Below the pieces are notes generated by a model that was not told the origin of the DNA, ran no database searches, and was given only the letters and a program-made list of their open reading frames with translations. From positions 1,593 through 65,592 of the forward strand of contig DAOULH010000025.1 in assembly GCA_034420475.1 (NCBI GenBank): a stretch of 64,000 nt of DNA. The letters are read 5' to 3'. A program made the translations under genes and the position numbers. Source of the DNA: Dehalococcoidia bacterium (GTDB lineage: Bacteria; Chloroflexota; Dehalococcoidia; Lucifugimonadales; UBA3495). Positions 36,007 to 46,187 of the stretch are shown piece by piece; the first letter of the stretch is position 1; each line of letters starts with the position of its first letter.

Positions 36007-36582
36007 ATGGAAAATTCTGGGGATGAAAGCGGTCTCTCGACAGACGAAGAAAGGCTGCGTGAGCACGAACTGATTATGCGGGACATGGCATGGACGGCGC
36101 TCGCGCGGATTAACGAGCATCTGCGGGATCTGGAGATGTGGGTGAATCTGTACGAGATGTATGACGGGATTCTGGGTGGCCTCACGCATCTCACATCCGC
36201 TGATGCTGAGAGGAAAAACCTGGCGGAGGAAATAGCAAAATGCAGGAATCAGCGTGAGGGAGTAAGGCGTGTCGCCGAATTGCAGGGTGGGACGGTGCGC
36301 GTGCGGGATGTGGCTCGACTGATCCATGAGTCTGCTCTGAGCAGAGGAAGTCTGTCGAGCGTAAGATCTGCGTTGCTGAGGTACGTTAAAGGCAGCGACG
36401 AATGGGAGGAGATGGGAGACGGGTACTTCCGTCTGGTGGGTAGGGGGCGGGTGGACGGTCCCAGACAAGGAGGATTGCCGTCGTTGCCGCCGAGATTGTC
36501 GCCAGTGATGGCAAAAGCCAGGGCTTTACGGCAGGAGGCGGAAGTCACGGTCGGTGGGGACGATGCGGCCGACGATGTCTAG
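36007..36582 (+). CDS. hypothetical protein with C-terminal winged-helix-like segment, 191 aa
   Basis: GGAGG lies 12 nt upstream. VRDVARLIHES...LLRYVKGSDEWEEMGDGYFRLVG resembles the HARE-HTH-like ending of the two paralogs. Confidence 0.5.
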   Translation: MENSGDESGLSTDEERLREHELIMRDMAWTALARINEHLRDLEMWVNLYEMYDGILGGLTHLTSADAERKNLAEEIAKCRNQREGVRRVAELQGGTVRVRDVARLIHESALSRGSLSSVRSALLRYVKGSDEWEEMGDGYFRLVGRGRVDGPRQGGLPSLPPRLSPVMAKARALRQEAEVTVGGDDAADDV

Positions 36583-36886
36583 GGGACCAGGGTTGGAATT
36601 GAGGTCTTTGCACATGATGGAGGGACGAAAGCGGCTTCGGGTGACGCATTTGATGACACGCTACGGGTTAGGTTGGGTGGCGTGAAATGGTATAGTGTGA
36701 CCGACATGCCAACGGTGTGTACGTGTCTGGAAAGCACGCTTTGGAAGCGCATTCGGCGGCGTTTTGACCGCATTGAGGAGGTGCCTGTGATCTGAAATGT
36801 CGGAATCACCCTGGTGGATTGGTCCGCTGGATCAGCGGAATGTACCGGGGAGATCGAGCACGATGACACGATATCGGAGGTGATCC

Positions 36887-38099
36887 GTGAGGGATCAAAA
36901 AAATCCGGGCCGTGAGTGGCCCGGGAAATCCGAGCCGCGGGAGATTGCGACGCCGCCCGCAGCTCGTGACCAAACCAAGGCGTCTCCCCAGCCGGTCCGT
37001 TTTAATGATACCGCACCCAATTCTGTGGTGCAAATCGCCGGCGGTGACCGGTTTGGGCAATCTGAGAGTGACGGCGGTTCTGGAGATTCGGTTGGTAACC
37101 CGGTGATGGTGCGCGCGGCGGTTTACGCGCGCACCGCGACCCCGAAGGGATCCGGTGAGGCCGGCCTGGATATGCAGGTGGCACGATGCCTGCGGTACGC
37201 GGCGGAACACCAATACGACGTGTCGCCAGAGCATATCTGGAGGGTAGTGGGATCCGGCGTGGATCCGCGCCTTGATGGTCTGACCGAGTTGATGGAGGTG
37301 ATAGACGCTGGCGAGCTGGACGTGGTGATGGTGTGTGGAGTCGGCAGGCTGTCACGGTCCATGGTCCGGTTGGTGTTCGTGGCCCAGTTGATGAGGGCCA
37401 AAGGCGTGCACGTAGTGGACGTGGGGGAGAGTGGTGGGAGACATCTGACGTCTCCTGTGGAAGTTGCAAACGCTGGACGATCGGGATCCGACGATCGGTG
37501 GTCTTTTGAAAATGTCACGACAGTCTTGGACCGGTAAGTGGCCCGTTTCAAGCACAAGGATACGGGTCCGCCGGCTGAAACGGTGATCGTTTCGAGGAGT
37601 GACAATCATGGAAGAGACGCGAGATAACACGGATCGAGCCATGCGCGCGAAGAGGAAGCGTGTGTCGGAAGAGATGAAGCCGGTGGTGGTTGGCGGTCCC
37701 GGTATCTACGGGTACGACTGCGACCCGGTGACCGGGGAGCGCACGATAAATGATGAGGAAGCGCTTGTCGTGCGGCGAATCTTCGAGTGGGACGCAGCGG
37801 GGTGGACCTGCAAAGCGATTGCTCAGGAGCTCAACGAACGGGGTGTGCCGACGCGGAGCGGGGCTCCGTGGAGCGCACGAATGGTGAGGTGCGCCTTGAG
37901 GCACAGGCCATACACCGGCAGATGGCGGTACGGCAAGTACCGTTGCTCGGGCGTGTCCCCCAGGTCGAAGAATGCACAAGGAGGGTGGATAGATATTGAG
38001 GTGGGCGGTCTGAGGATCGTCAGTGACGAGGCATTCGAGAACGCTGCGAGGCGTGGCGTATCCCGCGCGATACGGCGGGGGCGCCATGACGTTCAGTGA
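36887..38099 (+). pseudogene. decayed large serine recombinase (resolvase domain and recombinase domain in two frames; no zinc ribbon or coiled coil)
   Basis: The first ORF has AAVYARTAT where the intact paralog has YRRVSD, so the catalytic Ser position is Ala. The second ORF (37599-38099) has GIYGYDCDPVTGERTINDEEALVVRRIFEW, matching GIYGYDYDTVTQIRTVNEVEAAVVVMMFEW of the intact gene. Confidence 0.7.
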
Positions 38100-38708
38100 A
38101 CAAGACGCCTACGACCCCTGCTGTGGCTCTGCAGCGACGGCAAAAAAAGCATCCTTGGTGGAAAGGAGGTGATGGTGAACTGAAACTTTCGGCATCGTGG
38201 CGGCGTGGTATTCGGAATGCATGGTCGCGGCGATGCGATATGGAGAGAACGCAAAGTTGGAGGTGATCCGATATGGATCGAATGACGTCGTTGGACCGCA
38301 AGCGGTCCGCAGATAAAGCGGCACCGCGGGAGATCGAAGAGTCCACCGCGGCGCCAGACCCGGACGAGGCTCAACTCGGACCGGCTACAGATGATGTTAA
38401 CAGCACTGGAGGGGAATTGTCCACCGGGGTTGAGGACGTCGATGGATGGAATGAGGAGGGGCGCGATGTGGTGGTGGATAGCGGTCGGTACCGAGACCAG
38501 GGAATGACGGTTCGCGTGGTCGTGTTGGGTGGTGTCCCTGATCGACGGCGATGGTCCTGGCTGCAAAGGAGTGTGCAGCGCGGGTAGAAGGAAATCGGGC
38601 GGTGATGCCGGTTGCGCTGGAAGTTCAGTGTTGCGGTTTTCACCGCCCGGTCGAAAAGGTGCGACAGCCTCGCAATGTTCGGGGGCAAATGGCTTTAGGA
38701 GGAATCCG

Positions 38709-40397
38709 ATGCCTGGAAAGAACGAATTCAACGATGACGTGACGACTGGGGCGGGATCGCCGGCTGACCCTGACGAAGGGCCGGTGGTGAAGTACGCAGA
38801 GTTGGTCTTGCCGGTAGAGGAAGGGGGGCGGCAACCGTTTCTGGGGAACATGGCAGGGTATAGGCGCGTGAGCGACCCGAATCAAGCGAGGGACGGGACA
38901 TCCTTGGATACCCAGGGAGAAGAGCTGATGCGGTATGCGGCCGATCAGGGCTACCAGATGCGCCCTGAGTGGCTCTTCACGGATGTGGTGACTGGGGCTT
39001 CTACCGTGAGACGTGGATTCACGGAATTGCTGGAGTTCTTGGATACGGGCGTGATCGACGCGGTGAGCGTCTATGACCCGGACAGATTGGCGAGGGACCC
39101 GCTGGTGCTGCTCACGCTGAGCAACGAGATTTTGGAAAGGGGGGTGTCCCTGGAATTTCTGCGAGGTCCGTCGGGCGATAGCGACGAGGCCCAGATGATG
39201 AGGGTAATCATGGCCTATGCGGCCAAGAGAGAGCGTGCGCAGATCGCGGAGCGTACGATGCGTGCGAAGAGGCGGGTTGCCCGAAACGGGCGGATGCCGG
39301 TCGGTGTTGGCGGGAACGGGATTTACGGGTACGACTACGACACGGTGACGCAGATACGCACGGTGAACGAGGTGGAAGCTGCGGTGGTGGTGATGATGTT
39401 CGAGTGGTACGTGGGGGGTTGGTCAACCTACGCGATTTCGGAGGAATTGAACCGACGCGGACTGGTGACGAAGCGGGGAAAACTATGGCATCCCCGAACG
39501 GTGCGGAACATTCTGACGCATACCTCGTATGTGGAATGGGACGTGTACGGGAAATACCGTTGCCAGGTCTGGTTTGAGAACCAGGGCAAGCCCAATGAGA
39601 AGAAGCGCATCAAGCGTACGCTGAGGCCGGAAAGCGAGTGGGAGTGGATCTACGGATTCTCTCCGAGGATCACGGAAGATGATTTGTGGGGAGCTGCGCA
39701 AGCTCGTTTGGCGATGCCGAGTGTGCGGACGGGTAACCAGGATCTGTACCTGTTGACCGGGTACACGCGGTGCAGTGTGTGTGGTCAGCCGGTGAACGGC
39801 GGCAGCAAGTACAACGGAAGGCGGAGGTATCGTTGCCAGGGTACTCAGAAGCGGGGTAAATTGATTCCGAAGACGTGCAGCGCGTCATACATTCCTGCGG
39901 ACGAGTTGGAGGCAGCGGTGTGGGGCGGCCTGGTGAACGCTCTGAAGAATCCCGTGGTGCTGATGGCGGATTTGGAAGAACACTTTGATACTGGTGGGGG
40001 CGATGTGGGCCCGGAGATCCGAGACTTGAAGAAGGCTGTTGGTGAGTGTGAGAAGCAGGAGTCCAGGCTGAGGGAGGTGTTTTCGAGGGATCATGAATAT
40101 GAGCTGGATCAGCTGATGAGGGATCTGGCGCCGATCAGGGTAATGCGGTCGGAGCACCAGCGTGAGCTGGAGAGGTTGGAGAGGCAACGGGAAGTTGCAG
40201 GCTCTGCCGACGAGTGCAAGGCGCTGGTGCAAGCCAAACTGGAGGAACTGTCGGTGGGTCTGGAAGAGCTGGACTTCGATGGTAAGCGTCAGGTGATGGG
40301 TGCGCTGGACATGAAGGTGAAAGCAGTGCTGGGTGACGTGTCGATGTCGATCGTGGTGGGATTTAATCCCACTACCATTGGACGTACATCGGCATGA
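38709..40397 (+). CDS. large serine recombinase (integrase)
   Basis: Has YRRVSDPNQ with the catalytic Ser, a recombinase domain, the zinc ribbon CSVCGQPVNGG...YRCQG and a C-terminal coiled coil. AGGAGG at 38697-38702 lies 6 nt before the ATG at 38709 (ATG at 38850 is an alternative). The last 26 nt overlap dnaN. Confidence 0.85.
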   Translation: MPGKNEFNDDVTTGAGSPADPDEGPVVKYAELVLPVEEGGRQPFLGNMAGYRRVSDPNQARDGTSLDTQGEELMRYAADQGYQMRPEWLFTDVVTGASTVRRGFTELLEFLDTGVIDAVSVYDPDRLARDPLVLLTLSNEILERGVSLEFLRGPSGDSDEAQMMRVIMAYAAKRERAQIAERTMRAKRRVARNGRMPVGVGGNGIYGYDYDTVTQIRTVNEVEAAVVVMMFEWYVGGWSTYAISEELNRRGLVTKRGKLWHPRTVRNILTHTSYVEWDVYGKYRCQVWFENQGKPNEKKRIKRTLRPESEWEWIYGFSPRITEDDLWGAAQARLAMPSVRTGNQDLYLLTGYTRCSVCGQPVNGGSKYNGRRRYRCQGTQKRGKLIPKTCSASYIPADELEAAVWGGLVNALKNPVVLMADLEEHFDTGGGDVGPEIRDLKKAVGECEKQESRLREVFSRDHEYELDQLMRDLAPIRVMRSEHQRELERLERQREVAGSADECKALVQAKLEELSVGLEELDFDGKRQVMGALDMKVKAVLGDVSMSIVVGFNPTTIGRTSA

Positions 40398-41532
40398 CCA
40401 CATGTACGTACCGGTCGGAGTCGGCGGGCCGGAACACGCCGGGGCTGGAGGAGTTGGTCACCTCGATGGCGACCTTGCCCCGTCCCAGCACGTTCACGAT
40501 GTCCTGGAGGTAGCGGACGTTGAAGGCGATCTTGGCGTCCGCGCCGTCCAACTGATCGATGTCCAGCTCGTCCAGGCTGTCGCCCACCTCCTCGGAACGC
40601 GCCGAAACCTTGAGCTGGCCGCCGTCGCTGGCTTCCTGGGGCATCATCTCCAGCCGGACGATGTTGCTGCCGTCACGGGCGAAGACCGACGCCGACTGCG
40701 TGGCGCGCTTCAGGTCGTCCAGTTCCATCACGGCTCGGGTCTCGTATCGCTCGGGGATGAGTTGCTCGTAGTTGGGGAAACTGCCCTGGAGCAGTTGGGA
40801 AACGATCTCAACGTGTTCCAGCTTGAACATGGCCTGCCCGCGGTCGGGGGACAGGGTCATGTGAACGGGACTGCTCTGTTCCGAAGCCAGACGCTGCACT
40901 TCCTGCATAGTTCGCGCCGGAACGATTACCTTGATTTCCTCTTCCACCGACTGCGAAATCTGGCCGGAATAGACTGCCAGACGGAAGCCGTCGGCGGCGG
41001 CCATCACCACGCTGGATTCGCTGAGCTTGAGTTCCACCCCGGTCAGCACCGGGCGCGATTCGTCGGTCGCGGCCGAGAATGCCACCAGGCTGATCCCGGA
41101 GCGCAGGACGCTGGGGTCGATGTCAATGGCGGTGCCGGTATCGACCTGGGGAACGGGCGGGAAGTCTGCGGCGTCGGCTCCGTTGATATGGGTCACGGCG
41201 CGACCGCAGGCCAGGTGCAAAACGCTGCCCCCGCTGGCCGGCCCGTCAGCGTCGGGTCCGCCCAGATCGAGGTCAATCCGGTCACTGGGACGGGTGTTGA
41301 CCCAGTCGGCCAGGAGGCGGTGCGGAACCGTTATCGCTCCTTCTTCCTCGATCATCGCGCCGATCCACGTGGTGATGGCGATTTCGAGGTTGGTGGCGGA
41401 CAGCATCAGCATGCCCTGGTCGGTCCGGAGCAGGACGTTTTGGGTTATGGGCAGCGTCGATCTGCTGGCCACCGCCCGGCTGACTACGCTGAGGCCACGG
41501 GCCAGATTCTCCTGAAGGCACGACAGTTTCAT
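40372..41532 (-). CDS. dnaN: DNA polymerase III beta subunit (sliding clamp)
   Basis: MKLSCLQENLARGLSVVSRAV...TNLEIAI and a C-terminal VVMPM motif. Length is 386 aa. Confidence 0.95.
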   Translation of the reverse strand: MKLSCLQENLARGLSVVSRAVASRSTLPITQNVLLRTDQGMLMLSATNLEIAITTWIGAMIEEEGAITVPHRLLADWVNTRPSDRIDLDLGGPDADGPASGGSVLHLACGRAVTHINGADAADFPPVPQVDTGTAIDIDPSVLRSGISLVAFSAATDESRPVLTGVELKLSESSVVMAAADGFRLAVYSGQISQSVEEEIKVIVPARTMQEVQRLASEQSSPVHMTLSPDRGQAMFKLEHVEIVSQLLQGSFPNYEQLIPERYETRAVMELDDLKRATQSASVFARDGSNIVRLEMMPQEASDGGQLKVSARSEEVGDSLDELDIDQLDGADAKIAFNVRYLQDIVNVLGRGKVAIEVTNSSSPGVFRPADSDRYVHVVMPMYVQW

Positions 41533-41564
41533 CTCTAATCAACCCGACGTTCAAATTGGGCGAA

Positions 41565-41573
41565 ATTATAGCA
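41565..41573 (-). promoter_or_regulatory. extended -10 candidate (TGCTATAAT) for dnaN
   Basis: Minus strand reads TGCTATAAT about 33 nt upstream of the dnaN ATG. Confidence 0.45.
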
Positions 41574-41583
41574 TGGGGACGCT

Positions 41584-41592
41584 TGTTATAAT
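41584..41592 (+). promoter_or_regulatory. extended -10 candidate (TGTTATAAT) for the alaX-like gene
   Basis: Plus strand reads TGTTATAAT about 49 nt upstream of the ATG at 41641, back to back with the dnaN box. Confidence 0.45.
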
Positions 41593-41640
41593 GTTCGACA
41601 TCCCGGGAAAAGTCGCACTGCGACCCACGATGAGGCTACC

Positions 41641-42360
41641 ATGACCGAGTTGCTGTTCCTGACCGACGCCTACGTGTCCGAGTTCGACGCCACCGTAACG
41701 GAGATTACGGACGACGGAGGCGTGGCGCTGGACCGTACCGCCTTCTACATCGGAGGGGGCGGGCAGCCCTGCGACGTGGGCACGCTGACCGATGCGTCGG
41801 GAGCCGAGTTTCGCGTTACCAAGGCGTCCCGCGCCGGCGGTTCCATCGTGCACGCCATTGACGGCCCCGACCGTCCGGCCGTCGGAACTGCCGTACACGG
41901 CGTCATCGACTGGGAACGTCGTTATCTTCTGATGCGAACTCACACGGCCCTGCACATCCTGTGCGGCGTCGTGTGGCGCGACTACGGGGCGCTGGTGACC
42001 GGGGGCGACATGCAGCCCGGCCGCGCGCGCATGGATTTCGAGCTGGAGAATATGTCCGCCGAGTTCGCCGACGAGGTCGAGGCGCGCATCAACGCCGAGG
42101 TGTCGGAAGGGAGGGACATCGGAGTGGGCTTCCTGAGCCGGCACGAGGCCGACGCCCACCCGGACCTGATTCGCACCAAGATCAACCTGCTGCCGGCGGC
42201 GGTCACCGAAGTCCGCACCATTGACATCCAGGGTCTGGATCTGCAGGCCGACGGCGGCACACACGTGCGCAACACCGCCGAGGTTGGCCGCATCCAGGTC
42301 GTAGGCCACGAGAGCAAGGGACGGATCAACAAGCGGCTGCGCATCGCCCTGGCCGAATGA
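41641..42360 (+). CDS. alaX: AlaX-type alanyl-tRNA editing protein (threonyl/alanyl-tRNA synthetase second additional domain)
   Basis: LFLTDAYVSEFDATV, the RTHTALHIL HxxxH motif, GGTHVRNT, and a length of about 239 aa. Confidence 0.8.
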   Translation: MTELLFLTDAYVSEFDATVTEITDDGGVALDRTAFYIGGGGQPCDVGTLTDASGAEFRVTKASRAGGSIVHAIDGPDRPAVGTAVHGVIDWERRYLLMRTHTALHILCGVVWRDYGALVTGGDMQPGRARMDFELENMSAEFADEVEARINAEVSEGRDIGVGFLSRHEADAHPDLIRTKINLLPAAVTEVRTIDIQGLDLQADGGTHVRNTAEVGRIQVVGHESKGRINKRLRIALAE

Positions 42361-42373
42361 TTTGGGGGTCTGG

Positions 42374-42889
42374 ATGAACCCACGGCGGCGATTGTATATA
42401 CTGGCTTTCGCCGCGTACACAACCACACTGGCATTGATGACGGCGCTGGCGTGGCTGGCGTTCCAGCATAGTACGGCTGCCGGCATCGCCCAATTGACTG
42501 TTTCCCTCAGCGGAAATGCCCTGGGAGGTTTCGCTTTGGTACTGGGGATCTTGCGAGACGACCGCGCCGAACGTGAACGGCAACGCGCCGACGAAGCCGT
42601 GGAGTCGGCCCGGAAATCCGAACAGAAAGCCAATGAGGCCCGTCAACTGGCCGATCAGTTGCAAAAACAGGTCGAGCAATCAAAGAAGGAAGCCGAGCAG
42701 TTGCATGCCCAGGCCGAGCAGGAACGTCGGCAAACCGAGTTGGAACGTCAGCGGGCCGACCGGGCCGAGGCGGAGCTGCGTCGTGTGCGCGATGAGCAGC
42801 AACTGGAGGCCAGGTTCCGACGCCTCGAGGAGGCGCTGGGCCTCATACCGGAAACCGGGACGTCCGACGATCAAGTCGAAGAGAGCTGA
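42374..42889 (+). CDS. membrane-anchored coiled-coil protein
   Basis: Two hydrophobic helices, then a Glu/Gln/Arg/Ala-rich heptad-like tail (QLADQLQKQVEQSKKEAEQLHAQAEQERRQTELERQRADRAEAELRR). Confidence 0.5.
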   Translation: MNPRRRLYILAFAAYTTTLALMTALAWLAFQHSTAAGIAQLTVSLSGNALGGFALVLGILRDDRAERERQRADEAVESARKSEQKANEARQLADQLQKQVEQSKKEAEQLHAQAEQERRQTELERQRADRAEAELRRVRDEQQLEARFRRLEEALGLIPETGTSDDQVEES

Positions 42890-42895
42890 TAGCGA

Positions 42896-44902
42896 ATGGC
42901 AACCACCGTAGTCGGCATTGATGTCGGCGGCACTTTCACCGATATAGCCGTCCTCCGGGACGGCGTTCTTTCCGTCCACAAGCTCCCTTCGACGCCGGCC
43001 GACCCGTCGGTTGGCATCACTGCGGGGGTGCGCGACACCGGCGTCGACATTGCCGGCGCCGACTTTATCCACGGGAGCACCGTGGCGACCAACGCCCTGC
43101 TGGAGGGCAAGGGAGGGCGTACTGCCCTGGTCACCACCATGGGCTTCGAGGATGTCCTCGAAATCGGCCGGCAGAACCGCGCCGACCTGTATGACCTGTC
43201 CATGGAGAGGCCCGAGCCCCTGGCCCCCTGGCAGTTGCGCTTCGGGTTGCCGGAACGGGTCGATTACACGGGAACCATACTGGATGATCTGACGCCGGAA
43301 TCGATTGACGCCCTGGTGGATCTGCTGGACGAGGCCGAGGTGGACGGGATAGCGGTGTCGTTCCTGTTCTCGTTCCTGAACCCGGCGCACGAGGAGATAC
43401 TGGCCGAGCGGTTGGCCCGGCTGCCCAGCCGGCCGTTCATCTCGATATCATCCCGGATCCTGCCGGAATTCCGGGAGTACGAGCGCACCAGCACGGTGGT
43501 GGTCAACTCCTACGTGGGTCCGGTGATGGCGCGTTACCTGACACAGCTGGAATCGGCGTTGGGCCACGGGTTGCGCATCATGCAGTCGTCGGGCGGCAGC
43601 ATCACCGCCAGCCTGGCGGCGGACCAGCCGGTGCGCACGATCCTCAGCGGGCCGGCCGGCGGCGTGGTCGGCGCGTTTTACACCGGCGTTCAGGCGGGGT
43701 ACCCCGACATCATCACGCTGGACATGGGCGGCACCTCCACCGACGTGTCGCTGTGTCCGGGGCGCATCAAGGAGACCACCTCGGCCAACCTGGGCGGCTA
43801 TCCGGTCAGCGTGCCGATGATCGAGATCCACACCGTGGGAGCCGGGGGCGGCTCCATCGCCCGGGTGGACGCCGGCGGCGCTCTGGTAGTCGGCCCGCAG
43901 TCGGCCGGCGCGGACCCGGGACCGGCGTGCTACGGTCGGGGCGACCGGATCACCGTCACCGACGCCAACCTGACGCTGGGACGCCTGCGGTCGGATGGGT
44001 TCCTGGGCGGACGCATGACGCTGGACCAGGAACGCTCGCAGTCGTTGATGACCGACCTGGCATCCGGCGTGGGAGCGTCGGCTACGGATACGGCGTTGGG
44101 CATCATTCGCGTGGTCAACTCCAACATGGAGCGCGCCATCCGCGCCATCTCGCTGGAGCGGGGTTATGACCCACGGGAGTTCACGCTGGTTCCCTTCGGG
44201 GGCGCGGGTCCCATGCACGCCTGCGAGTTGGCGGCGGAGCTGGGCATCCCGCGCGTGCTGGTGCCCGGGCATCCCGGCATCCTGTCGGCGCTGGGGGTCG
44301 CCATCGCGGACGTGGTCAAGGATTACTCGCGCACCGTGATGCTGCGGGGCGATGACCTGGACAAAGCGCGTCTGGAGGAAGAGTTCCACGGCATGGAACA
44401 GCTGGCCCGGGCCGAGTTGGTGGAGGAGAGTCTGCCCGCGGATGCCATGGCGGCGCGCCGGTTCCTGGACGTCCGTTACGTGGGACAGTCCTTCGAGCTG
44501 ACCGTGGACTGCCCGTCACTGACCGGGCGCGGTGACCTGACCCGGAGCATTGCCGCGGAGTTCTACGCGGCCCACCTGCAACGGTTCGGGTACGCCGACC
44601 GCGCGCTGCCCGTGGAAGTGGTCAACCTGCGGCTCAAGCTGGAGCTGGCGGTGGACAAACCGCACCTGGAGCCGGCTCCCGACGGCGGCAGCGACGCGGC
44701 GCACGCGGCCGTCGGCAACGTCGAGGTGGTGTTCGCGGAAGGCTCGATGGACACGACGCTGTACGACCGGGACCGGCTGCAAACCGGCAACCGGATTGCC
44801 GGGCCGGCGTTGCTCTTGCAGTTGGACACCACCATCGTGGTTCCGCCGGGCTGGGCGGGCGAGGTTGACCCTTACGGCAACTTGCTGCTGGAACCGAGCT
44901 AA
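42896..44902 (+). CDS. hyuA: hydantoinase/oxoprolinase family protein, A subunit
   Basis: N-terminal VVGIDVGGTFTDIAVL, SGPAGGVVG and DMGGTSTDVS ATPase motifs. 668 aa. Confidence 0.85.
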   Translation: MATTVVGIDVGGTFTDIAVLRDGVLSVHKLPSTPADPSVGITAGVRDTGVDIAGADFIHGSTVATNALLEGKGGRTALVTTMGFEDVLEIGRQNRADLYDLSMERPEPLAPWQLRFGLPERVDYTGTILDDLTPESIDALVDLLDEAEVDGIAVSFLFSFLNPAHEEILAERLARLPSRPFISISSRILPEFREYERTSTVVVNSYVGPVMARYLTQLESALGHGLRIMQSSGGSITASLAADQPVRTILSGPAGGVVGAFYTGVQAGYPDIITLDMGGTSTDVSLCPGRIKETTSANLGGYPVSVPMIEIHTVGAGGGSIARVDAGGALVVGPQSAGADPGPACYGRGDRITVTDANLTLGRLRSDGFLGGRMTLDQERSQSLMTDLASGVGASATDTALGIIRVVNSNMERAIRAISLERGYDPREFTLVPFGGAGPMHACELAAELGIPRVLVPGHPGILSALGVAIADVVKDYSRTVMLRGDDLDKARLEEEFHGMEQLARAELVEESLPADAMAARRFLDVRYVGQSFELTVDCPSLTGRGDLTRSIAAEFYAAHLQRFGYADRALPVEVVNLRLKLELAVDKPHLEPAPDGGSDAAHAAVGNVEVVFAEGSMDTTLYDRDRLQTGNRIAGPALLLQLDTTIVVPPGWAGEVDPYGNLLLEPS

Positions 44903-45255
44903 AGGCTTTCCAGCAAGCGTATGAAGTCGGCTATCTCGCCTTTCCCATGGTGAATTATTCTTTCGTCGGGTGGGCCGTCGTAAAATCGCGAGTGGAACCA
45001 GTTTGCCAGGGCATAGTAGGTGTACAGAACTGCCGGAGCGCCTTCGTCATCAACCAAGCGCATCACCACTTCTTCCAAGTCCCGGTGTGCGCCGTGGGGC
45101 CAATTGCGCTTCATCGCAACCCATTTGATGGCATGAGCAGCCGCACCCCACAACTTGTTGCCGGCTTCTTCCAACTCGCCACGTTCTACCTCATCATCCA
45201 CCAATCCCAGGAAGTGCCAGCTACGCTCCAAGTGGTAGTCAACAGTTGTGGTCAT
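44899..45255 (-). CDS. PaREP1/HEPN-like small protein, 118 aa
   Basis: AGNKLWGAAAHAIKWVA...WFHSRFYDGPP matches the helical PaREP1-type pattern shared with 62195-62578. Confidence 0.55.
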   Translation of the reverse strand: MTTTVDYHLERSWHFLGLVDDEVERGELEEAGNKLWGAAAHAIKWVAMKRNWPHGAHRDLEEVVMRLVDDEGAPAVLYTYYALANWFHSRFYDGPPDERIIHHGKGEIADFIRLLESL

Positions 45256-45359
45256 TGAGATGATCCTCGCGCTGATAGCAGTATCTTACTGTAACATTGA
45301 ACGCGTTCGACTGTAAAATTTGTTTGTCACCAGTTACCGGTTGCCCCGAATGTGATGCC

Positions 45360-46172
45360 ATGACTTTTCCTGATATTTCGCGCCTGTCGGTGCTGGCGTG
45401 CTATGCCCATCCGGACGACGAGGGGTTCGCCTCGGGCGGGCTGTTGGCGCTGCTGGCGGCCGGCGGCGCGCGGGTCACGCTGGTGTGCGCCACCAACGGC
45501 GACATCGGAGAGATCAGCGACCCCGCGCTGGCCACACCGGAAAACCTGTGGCAGGTCCGCAAGCAGGAACTCCGCAACGCCATGGACATCACCGGCATCA
45601 GCGACGTGCGGTTCCTGGACTACCGGGACAGCGGCATGGAAGGTTGGGATGACAACCGCCATCCTAACGCCTACTGCAACGCCAGTACCGAAACGGTGGT
45701 GGAGCGGTTGCGCGGCATCATCGCCGAGGTCAACGCGCACGTCGTCATAACCCACGACCCCACCGGCGGCTACGGCCACCCCGACCACAAGACCATGTGC
45801 GCCCACGCCACCGCTGCCGCCGAGCGCGCCTCGGATCCTGACGCGGCCACGCCCCTGCTGTATTACGTCTGCTTCCCCCGGAGCGTGTTCCAGCGCATGT
45901 GGCAGGAGATGACCGACCGGAACATCACCCCGCCCTTTGCCGTTGACGCGGTGGACACCCTGGGCACGCCCGACGACGAGGTGGCCACCACGCTGGACAT
46001 CTCGCCGTGGGTGGAGACCAAGATCGCGTCCCTCTCGTGCCATCGCACCCAGATCAGCAGCGACGGCCCCTTCGAGCAACTGCCGCCGGAGGTGATGCGC
46101 CGGCTGATGGGAACGGAGTACTACCAACTGGCTGCGCCGGCGGGGGCGGTGGATTTGCTGGCGGCGCTGTGA
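45360..46172 (+). CDS. PIG-L/LmbE family deacetylase
   Basis: Has the LACYAHPDDEGFASGG signature, followed by HPDH. Confidence 0.85.
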   Translation: MTFPDISRLSVLACYAHPDDEGFASGGLLALLAAGGARVTLVCATNGDIGEISDPALATPENLWQVRKQELRNAMDITGISDVRFLDYRDSGMEGWDDNRHPNAYCNASTETVVERLRGIIAEVNAHVVITHDPTGGYGHPDHKTMCAHATAAAERASDPDAATPLLYYVCFPRSVFQRMWQEMTDRNITPPFAVDAVDTLGTPDDEVATTLDISPWVETKIASLSCHRTQISSDGPFEQLPPEVMRRLMGTEYYQLAAPAGAVDLLAAL

Positions 46173-46187
46173 CGACTGTGGAGTTTC

